Virus record (IMG/VR): IMGVR_UViG_3300030673_000004
Location: 186,001 to 250,000 of that record
Direction: 5' to 3' (one strand)
DNA length: 64,000 bases
Shown piece after piece: positions 57,879 to 64,000 of this stretch. Numbering within the stretch: the first letter of the stretch is position 1; each line of letters opens with the position of its first letter. Below the pieces are notes generated by a model that was given only the letters and a program-made list of their open reading frames with translations, was not told the origin of the DNA and made no database searches. The translations under genes and the position numbers were made by a program.

Positions 57879-58019
57879 ATGCTGGAGCTTGTTCTGAAAA
57901 TCAAATCTTTGGACTATGTTGAGTGGCTTTTACTCGGAGCTATTGGTACCATTTTGGGTATTACTCTTGTACTAGTTGCTGGCGTAGCCATTTGCTTTTC
58001 TATAGCGATGATCGTCTGA
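57879..58019 (+). CDS. 46-aa single-TM protein (absent from the ORF track)
   Basis: MLELVLKIKSLDYVEWLLLGAIGTILGITLVLVAG...; TTGACA upstream at 57844. Confidence 0.5.
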   Translation: MLELVLKIKSLDYVEWLLLGAIGTILGITLVLVAGVAICFSIAMIV

Positions 58020-58020
58020 T

Positions 58021-58323
58021 ATGTTGGGTACTGATCCTACGCTGCGTTATTTAGTCTACTCTTTGGAGTCTGATTTTCCACCATGGGATCCATATTCCCG
58101 CTCAGATAATCACGACGAGGCTATTGCTGTTGCTCGTGCTTTCAGTTTGAAGGCGCAGACAACTGTATATGTTGTTGATGCTCAGCAGAGTCATTCGTTG
58201 TTCGGGGGTGAGATCTATGTTCATTTAGGTCCATTCTACAAAGACTACCTAACAGCTATGCGAAAGAAACGAGCTCACCTTTTAGAAGATTTTGTGCCTG
58301 TCATTCCGCAAACAATCAATTGA
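58021..58323 (+). CDS. hypothetical protein
   Basis: ORF. Confidence 0.6.
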   Translation: MLGTDPTLRYLVYSLESDFPPWDPYSRSDNHDEAIAVARAFSLKAQTTVYVVDAQQSHSLFGGEIYVHLGPFYKDYLTAMRKKRAHLLEDFVPVIPQTIN

Positions 58324-58336
58324 GAGGAATTGATTA

Positions 58337-58561
58337 ATGGCTATTCACATACTGGCATTTGACTGTACCGCTAAAGCAGAGCGTAGCATTCTAGGTATTA
58401 TGGCACGATACAATTGTGACCATGCCGCAGCTATGCGCTTTGCTCTTGACACGGGTCTTCAAATTCTGGAACAGGTGAATGACGTTACTGGAGTAGGCTT
58501 CATTTCTAAAGCTTCCGGTGAAGTTCTTCATCCTATCTCCTTGGTTAATGCTCCGTCGTAG
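58337..58561 (+). CDS. hypothetical protein
   Basis: GAGGA RBS. Confidence 0.6.
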   Translation: MAIHILAFDCTAKAERSILGIMARYNCDHAAAMRFALDTGLQILEQVNDVTGVGFISKASGEVLHPISLVNAPS

Positions 58562-58694
58562 CCCTATTCGCCGCACATCTTGCGGTGATTAGAGCTGCTA
58601 TTCACCGCACATCTCGTACAGTCTAAGTTTTAAGGAATAATTATTACTTGGCTTGTATGTTGACAAAATTACATATGTGAAGTATATTTGTACT

Positions 58695-59660
58695 ATGAAA
58701 CTTGAAGACATTGGCTTTTACACTCTATCTGATGATCGTTGCGCTGCAGCGTCGGCTACATCTCGTATGATGCGGGGTGAGTTGATTTTGACCAGTGCTT
58801 ATAATTTCAAGTGTCCTTATTGTCGGGGGCAGCGTAAGGATCTCAAAAAGCATCTTACCTATGAAGAGGCTGCTCGCGTAGTTGATTTGTGGGCGGCGGA
58901 TAATTTGAAAAGTATTCGTTTCTCTGGTGGAGAACCAACTGTGTGGAAAGACCTCACAGCATTGGTCGCACATGCTAAAGAAGTTGGAATTGAGAATATT
59001 GCCATCTCTACAAATGGATCATCTTCTTACGAAACTTACGTTGAATTGATCGCTGCTGGAGTTAATGACTTTAGTATCTCCCTAGATGCTTGCTGTGCTG
59101 CTTATGGTGACAAGATGGCCGGTGGCATTGAAGGTGCTTGGGAACATGTCATTGAAAACATTAAAGCTTTAGCCAAGCTCACTTACGTTACTGTTGGAGT
59201 TGTAGTAACAGAAGAAACAGTAACTGAACTTAAGTCCACTGTTGAATTTGCTGACTCTCTAGGGGTGGCAGATATTCGAATCATTTCTGCAGCACAATAT
59301 AACGAGTTGTTGGAGGTATCAAAAACAGTACCTGTTGAAATTCGTGATCGTCATAAAATTCTCAAATATCGTATTGAAAATGCGATTAACGGAATCAATG
59401 TCCGGGGTATTGGTGAACACGATTCACATAAATGCTGGATTGCCTTGGATGACATGGTTGTCATGGGTAATCATCATTTCCCTTGTGTGATTCACATGCG
59501 AGAACTGGGTGATCCTATTGGGGAAGTAGGACCACATATGCGCAAAGAGCGTGAGGAGTGGGTTGCTCGGCATGATACGCACAAAGATCCTATCTGCCAA
59601 AAGAATTGCTTGGACTGTATTGTGATGTACAATAACAAGTATGAGCAGACGCACAGATAA
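58695..59660 (+). CDS. radical SAM protein with YxxxCxxC in place of CxxxCxxC
   Basis: AYNFKCPYC, FSGGEPT, ISTNG, SISLD; C-terminal Cys cluster; leaderless after promoter 58660-58688. Confidence 0.85.
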   Translation: MKLEDIGFYTLSDDRCAAASATSRMMRGELILTSAYNFKCPYCRGQRKDLKKHLTYEEAARVVDLWAADNLKSIRFSGGEPTVWKDLTALVAHAKEVGIENIAISTNGSSSYETYVELIAAGVNDFSISLDACCAAYGDKMAGGIEGAWEHVIENIKALAKLTYVTVGVVVTEETVTELKSTVEFADSLGVADIRIISAAQYNELLEVSKTVPVEIRDRHKILKYRIENAINGINVRGIGEHDSHKCWIALDDMVVMGNHHFPCVIHMRELGDPIGEVGPHMRKEREEWVARHDTHKDPICQKNCLDCIVMYNNKYEQTHR

Positions 59661-59704
59661 ACTGCTCACGTTTAACATTTGTTTAACAGACAGGTTTGTT
59701 TAAC

Positions 59705-59875
59705 ATGGAAGCTTTGACTACCATTTGGTACTTCAATGACACTATCAGCAAATGGCTGCGTGTTAAAGACACAGTTATTTCCACGTCTGATACTAAGTTG
59801 GCAGAACTGCAGGCTGCTGATCCGAGTAAGTTCTATCAGATCTCAAATAAGCATCCCACGAAAAAGCCCGTATGA
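59705..59875 (+). CDS. 56-aa hypothetical protein (absent from the ORF track)
   Basis: ORF ending in an ATGA overlap with the next gene. Confidence 0.5.
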   Translation: MEALTTIWYFNDTISKWLRVKDTVISTSDTKLAELQAADPSKFYQISNKHPTKKPV

Positions 59876-60381
59876 CGAAGATCAAATCCCAAGATACTAA
59901 GGATCGAGCTCTGTTCCTGGATATTGATGGTGTCCTAAATAGTCACGACTGGACTGTGCTTGAATACAAGAAACGTCTCCTTCAGGGCATCAAAAAGCCT
60001 ATCTATGCTGAGTGCGATCCTTTGGCTGTTGCTTTGCTGAGTGACTTAGTCGTGTTGTCGCACGCAACGATAATCATATCTAGCGCTTGGCGGCAGTTTA
60101 TGTCCATTCATAAAATTAGTGAGTATCTGGAGACACTGGGTTTTAATCATGCTGCATGTATTGTTGATGCAACGCCCGTAATCACCGGCTGCATACGTGG
60201 TGCTGAGATTGATCAATATCTACAAGAGCATCCCGAGATTAAGCACTATTGCATATTAGATGATGACTCAGATATGTTAGCTAAACAGAGAGCTCACTTT
60301 GTTCGTGTTTCTGGCTCTGTTGGTTTAACTCAGGCAAACGTTCTTCAGTGCCTGACTGTTCTTGACCGGGATATACTATGA
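59872..60381 (+). CDS. HAD-family phosphatase (Swiss Army Knife RNA-repair HAD-like)
   Basis: LFLDIDGVLN, IISSAWR, RGAEI, ILDDDSDM. Confidence 0.85.
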   Translation: MTKIKSQDTKDRALFLDIDGVLNSHDWTVLEYKKRLLQGIKKPIYAECDPLAVALLSDLVVLSHATIIISSAWRQFMSIHKISEYLETLGFNHAACIVDATPVITGCIRGAEIDQYLQEHPEIKHYCILDDDSDMLAKQRAHFVRVSGSVGLTQANVLQCLTVLDRDIL

Positions 60382-61361
60382 GAGTTATGCTGGCTGATCA
60401 AGTAGCCGATCTAAACTACTCTCAGGGCAAGGAGGCTGGCCTACAGCACTATTGGGAACAGATTCAAACTGTTCTTGACCGAGTTGGTCCTATGTACATC
60501 TCTACAAAGCTAGACGGTGTGCGTGGCGCTATAGACACTCATGTGATGTCTCGTACATGGAAAGAAATCAGAAGTGCTAAGATTCAAGAAGTCTTTGCTC
60601 ATACATTTCTAAGTGGGCTGGACGGCGAGTTTATTGCAGGTGAGTCTACTGACCCTAATGCTATGCAGGCTGCCAATTCAGCCACATCTAAAGCTGATAG
60701 TCAAGTCATCCCACACTACTACGCTTTTGATGCTTACTCTCAAGGCAGTGAGCCCTTTAGTCAACGCTATGAATACTTGAAATCCTTTGAAAGCGCGCTT
60801 GCTGGTCTGCCTGATACAGAGCTTAGTCTTCTGTGGAAGTCGCATGTGCATGTAGTAGAACAGACGCTGATTCGCACAAGCAAGGAGGTGCAGGAGCATG
60901 TAGGTCGCTTCCTTGCTCTGGGATATGAGGGAGGCATGCTGCGACTTCCTACTAGTCCGTATAAGCAAGGACGATCCACCCGGAATGAAGCATTTCTTCT
61001 TAAAGTGAAGATCTGGGAAGATGCTGAAGCTGAAATCATATCTGCGTATGAGGCTATGCACAATACAAATGCAAGGGATGTTGATGATCGTGGCTACGCT
61101 AAGCGCAGTAGTGCTAAGGCTGGATTAGTGCCTGCTGGGTATCTCGGGGGACTTCATGTTAGGGATATCAAGAGCGGCGTTGAGTTTGATATAGGTATCG
61201 CAGTACGTGGTGTTTGGACATTGCAGGATAGAAAAGCCCTATGGTCCGCAAGTGCTACTCTGCCAGGAAAGATACTAACATATCGTCATTTCCCCAGCGG
61301 TATTGTAGAGAAGCCAAGGTTTCCTAAGTTTGTTTCATGGCGCAGTTTGGAGGATATATGA
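60378..61361 (+). CDS. ATP-dependent DNA ligase
   Basis: KLDGVR, LDGE, YAFD, EGGMLR, LLKVK, PRFP. Confidence 0.92.
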   Translation: MRVMLADQVADLNYSQGKEAGLQHYWEQIQTVLDRVGPMYISTKLDGVRGAIDTHVMSRTWKEIRSAKIQEVFAHTFLSGLDGEFIAGESTDPNAMQAANSATSKADSQVIPHYYAFDAYSQGSEPFSQRYEYLKSFESALAGLPDTELSLLWKSHVHVVEQTLIRTSKEVQEHVGRFLALGYEGGMLRLPTSPYKQGRSTRNEAFLLKVKIWEDAEAEIISAYEAMHNTNARDVDDRGYAKRSSAKAGLVPAGYLGGLHVRDIKSGVEFDIGIAVRGVWTLQDRKALWSASATLPGKILTYRHFPSGIVEKPRFPKFVSWRSLEDI

Positions 61362-61651
61362 ACATCATTGCAGTTTCAACTGCTCTATTTCCTCTTGGTA
61401 CTCTAGAGGCAATTATACAGATGTGCGCTTGCGCTCATTTCGGAATGGTTGCCCTTCTGTTATTTCCCGTACTGATATACTGTGGAACCGGATTGCTCTT
61501 CTACATAGGTTTAGCCTGGGAGTCTGATTCTGATATGTCCTTGTTAGGACTGCCAATTCTCGTATTTCTTTGGGGATACTTAATAGCAGTTGGTTCTGAG
61601 AAACTTGTGCTGCTATGCCATAAGAAGGATACTCTCAATGTCTCAAAGTAA
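61358..61651 (+). CDS. membrane protein
   Basis: ATGA overlap; hydrophobic segments. Confidence 0.55.
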   Translation: MNIIAVSTALFPLGTLEAIIQMCACAHFGMVALLLFPVLIYCGTGLLFYIGLAWESDSDMSLLGLPILVFLWGYLIAVGSEKLVLLCHKKDTLNVSK

Positions 61652-61711
61652 GCAAGAACTCTCATTGACGCGCAAATATGATGAAAATAATGAGAATTAG
61701 TTGATGTCAGC

Positions 61712-61773
61712 CTGACAAACATACAAAATTAATGTATATTTGTTCTTGTCACCTCAACAAGGAGTTCTCAATG
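61712..61773 (+). repeat. promoter-leader-RBS cassette, copy 1
   Basis: CTGACA-aacatacaaaattaatg-TATATT-tgttcttgtcacctcaacaaggagttctcaATG; near-identical to 62722-62784. Confidence 0.85.
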
Positions 61774-61971
61774 TCTCAAAGTAAGCAAGAAACTCTCATT
61801 AACGCATATATGTCGGTGGTGTTGCCGGCTTTGCAGGATCTGTACATTGAGTGCGAAAAGCAGCGTGGTCTTCCTGGGTCAAAACGTAACTGGAACCAGG
61901 CTATTGTACTTACCGACATTTGCGAGCGGAAGAAGATAGAATTTCACCAACTATCCGATGTTATTGGATAA
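61771..61971 (+). CDS. hypothetical protein
   Basis: AAGGAG RBS before ATG 61771. Confidence 0.65.
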   Translation: MSQSKQETLINAYMSVVLPALQDLYIECEKQRGLPGSKRNWNQAIVLTDICERKKIEFHQLSDVIG

Positions 61972-62029
61972 GTCTGCGTGTAAATAGTTCCCATATGAAG
62001 CATGTGCCTCATAGTAAAAAGGAACTAGC

Positions 62030-62669
62030 TATGTTTGAATGGCCTGAACTTATTGCTAACATCTATGATTTGTTAAATTCTAAACCGTCTGAGTTTATTG
62101 AGCGAGCACCCGGTGAATCTGCTTACATAGCATTTTCAGATGCTGTGCTGATGTACTCTCCAGAGTACGAAGATCTTAACCAGCAAATTTTGACAGTTCT
62201 CTATGGTGTTTTCGGTAATCTACCGGCAGCAACATGTGATGTTTGGAAGTTTGAACTTACTAACATACGCCGTGGGTGCCTAATAAAAACAGATTTAGGC
62301 AAAACATCCCCACCTGTGACAGACAATGATTCTGTGTGCGTGGCTGTTTGCCTTGTTAATAGGTACAAGCGTGAAATTGATGCTATCCTTAGGTCTGTAC
62401 CTAAACCAAGTCTAACAGATCTTGTGTTTTCTTTGACTGATTCCTGTCCTCGGCCCTATTGTAATCTAGCGGATGCTTCGGTCACACTTAATTTTCGTCC
62501 TATACCAGCTAGATCTCTGGCAGATATATACCAGGAGCTTCCATCTGCGTGGCGTAAGGTACTGCTTCAACAACTTAGGCGCATAAGTAAAGAATATAGT
62601 CTGTCTGTGTATCCGACGGATCATCCTCAGGAGTTACGGTTAGTCTGTAACAGTACACCTGAAGAATAG
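62030..62669 (+). CDS. hypothetical protein
   Basis: ORF; probable start MFEWP after AAGGA (start approximate). Confidence 0.6.
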
Positions 62670-62721
62670 AGCGCATGGAAGGCACACTTGTTACTAGGTG
62701 TGCTTTTTTGTATGCTATCTA

Positions 62722-62784
62722 TTGACAAAGATACAAAATTAATGTATATTTGTTCTTGTCACCCCAACAAGGAGTTCTCAAATG
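62722..62784 (+). repeat. promoter-leader-RBS cassette, copy 2
   Basis: TTGACA-aagatacaaaattaatg-TATATT-tgttcttgtcaccccaacaaggagttctcaaATG. Confidence 0.85.
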
Positions 62785-63342
62785 GCTACGACGATCAAGT
62801 TTATGAAGTTCTTTGTCACCGATGGAACCAACCGCGTGAAGGTGTACTACTCCTTGGACAATCGTGGTGACAAGCGCCCCTGTGTTACTCTGTACGAGAA
62901 GGACTACGGGCAGGATTTGGGTAAGTTATTCCCGGATAACTACAAGAATGATACCGACATCATGACGGACTATTTTGATACTGGCCGTGTGACCCTGTTT
63001 GCTGATCATCCGTTGTATACGGCTGCTCGTGCTCGTGCTGAGCAGAATGTTGTAGAGCAGTCCGCGCCTAAGAAGGCGTCTGTGCTGGCTGATTCCGTAA
63101 AGCAGATCTCCGAGAATATCTGGGAAGTTGAGTCTCGTGGGATGCATTTTCAGCTTCAGTATAGGTTCAAGCCTGGGTATAAGTCTTGGTTGGTTACGGC
63201 TACGAGTCACATGTCTCGCGTTCCCAAGATCAAGTGGTTCTCTACTCTGGAAGACGTGGAACGCAGCTATGTTAGCCTTCGCGGCGTTGGCGTGCAGGTT
63301 GCTCCTCCAGAAAACTGCGTTAAGTTTCCTGCTCAGGCGTAA
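62782..63342 (+). CDS. hypothetical early protein
   Basis: strong promoter and RBS; NDTDIMTDYFD motif. Confidence 0.75.
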   Translation: MATTIKFMKFFVTDGTNRVKVYYSLDNRGDKRPCVTLYEKDYGQDLGKLFPDNYKNDTDIMTDYFDTGRVTLFADHPLYTAARARAEQNVVEQSAPKKASVLADSVKQISENIWEVESRGMHFQLQYRFKPGYKSWLVTATSHMSRVPKIKWFSTLEDVERSYVSLRGVGVQVAPPENCVKFPAQA

Positions 63343-63356
63343 GATTGATTAATAAC

Positions 63357-63391
63357 AAAACGCCGAGATCTATAAAAGGTCTCGGCGTTTT
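63357..63391. terminator. bidirectional intrinsic terminator
   Basis: AAAACGCCGAGA...TCTCGGCGTTTT between convergent genes. Confidence 0.8.
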
Positions 63392-63439
63392 CTAGTTTAG
63401 TAAGTAATCGTTATGGGAGCCTACGGTTTGAATCGTAGT

Positions 63440-63967
63440 TTAATCATCTACCGTGAGATCTTGGTGTAATTGGACTAGTTCATCCTTGACTATGCGTGCG
63501 GCGGTTTTCCAGTTATCCAATGTTACTGGCCGATGTGCGCCTGCAACAGGCTCAATGAAATCATCAACATTTACTTTGAACGGTGATGTTTCTGCAATAG
63601 CATCTTGTTCTTCTAACTTGACTTCTTCTGGCTTAGTTGGTTCCGGGTATTTGTCTGCTCGGATACGGATGTTAAGCAGTTTCTCTAGATGTGCTGTTAT
63701 GCGTGAGTACGTAAGCGCATAGGTTCGCACAAAAACAGCTTGAAGGAATTTTTGGTCAATTGGATCAAGTCCCGAAAGTAGGCTAAAGGAACCGGATATA
63801 AATAAGTTGATTGAGCCCTCACGATCATCAACTACGTTACTTGGTACTTTTAGCAGCAAGCTTTTGGTTATGGTATTACGGCTAAAGAGTGCGTGCTTTG
63901 TTACCTCAGGGATGAGACTTTTACTGAATTGCTCATCTTGTAATACTCTAGACTTATAGCTTGTCAT
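63440..63967 (-). CDS. hypothetical protein
   Basis: 175-aa ORF. Confidence 0.6.
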   Translation of the reverse strand: MTSYKSRVLQDEQFSKSLIPEVTKHALFSRNTITKSLLLKVPSNVVDDREGSINLFISGSFSLLSGLDPIDQKFLQAVFVRTYALTYSRITAHLEKLLNIRIRADKYPEPTKPEEVKLEEQDAIAETSPFKVNVDDFIEPVAGAHRPVTLDNWKTAARIVKDELVQLHQDLTVDD

Positions 63968-64000
63968 ATTATGCTCAAAAGCATATAGAAAAGCGGCTAA

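Noticed and set aside
1404-63722. Numerous antisense or alternate-frame ORFs in the track (for example 1404-1787, 16248-16583, 33009-33431, 47316-47891, 60678-61061)
   Set aside because: They are shadows of longer motif-bearing genes and have no RBS or recognisable motifs.
1-64000. Stop-codon reassignment as in some large phages
   Set aside because: Long recognisable genes are intact in the standard code and end at TAA, TAG and TGA; the helicase break is a frame change, not an in-frame stop.
1-64000. tRNA or rRNA genes
   Set aside because: No cloverleaf or rRNA-like sequence noticed in the few intergenic gaps; not verified with a covariance search.

Overview
This 64 kb window looks like part of a large (jumbo-type) tailed phage genome. 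Genes are densely packed, standard-code and mostly hypothetical. The + strand carries probable virion genes (portal-like, neck-like and intein-split proteins, and polyproteins sharing an N-terminal motif and A-x-A/S sites). These are interleaved with short genes behind sigma70-like TTGACA-N17-TATATT promoters, several apparently leaderless. The most striking locus is 49.3-55.0 kb: a promoter and leader, a 9-repeat CRISPR array with type I-C-like 32-bp repeats, a separately promoted and terminated ~180-nt RNA carrying a two-part anti-repeat, and a 638-aa TnpB/Cas12f-like protein whose RuvC-II Glu is Gln and which has an inserted Zn ribbon. That gene runs directly into a frameshifted SF2 helicase and a SAM-methyltransferase-fold gene. 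No cas1/cas2 or transposase is recognisable in the window. Other notable items: six Amidoligase_2 paralogs (one ankyrin-fused) around a papain-like protease, a (TA)n tract inside a promoter spacer, a two-domain ribosomal S1-like protein, two orphan antitoxin-like genes and a tandem ART-like protein. All family calls come from reading motifs by eye; no database search was run.
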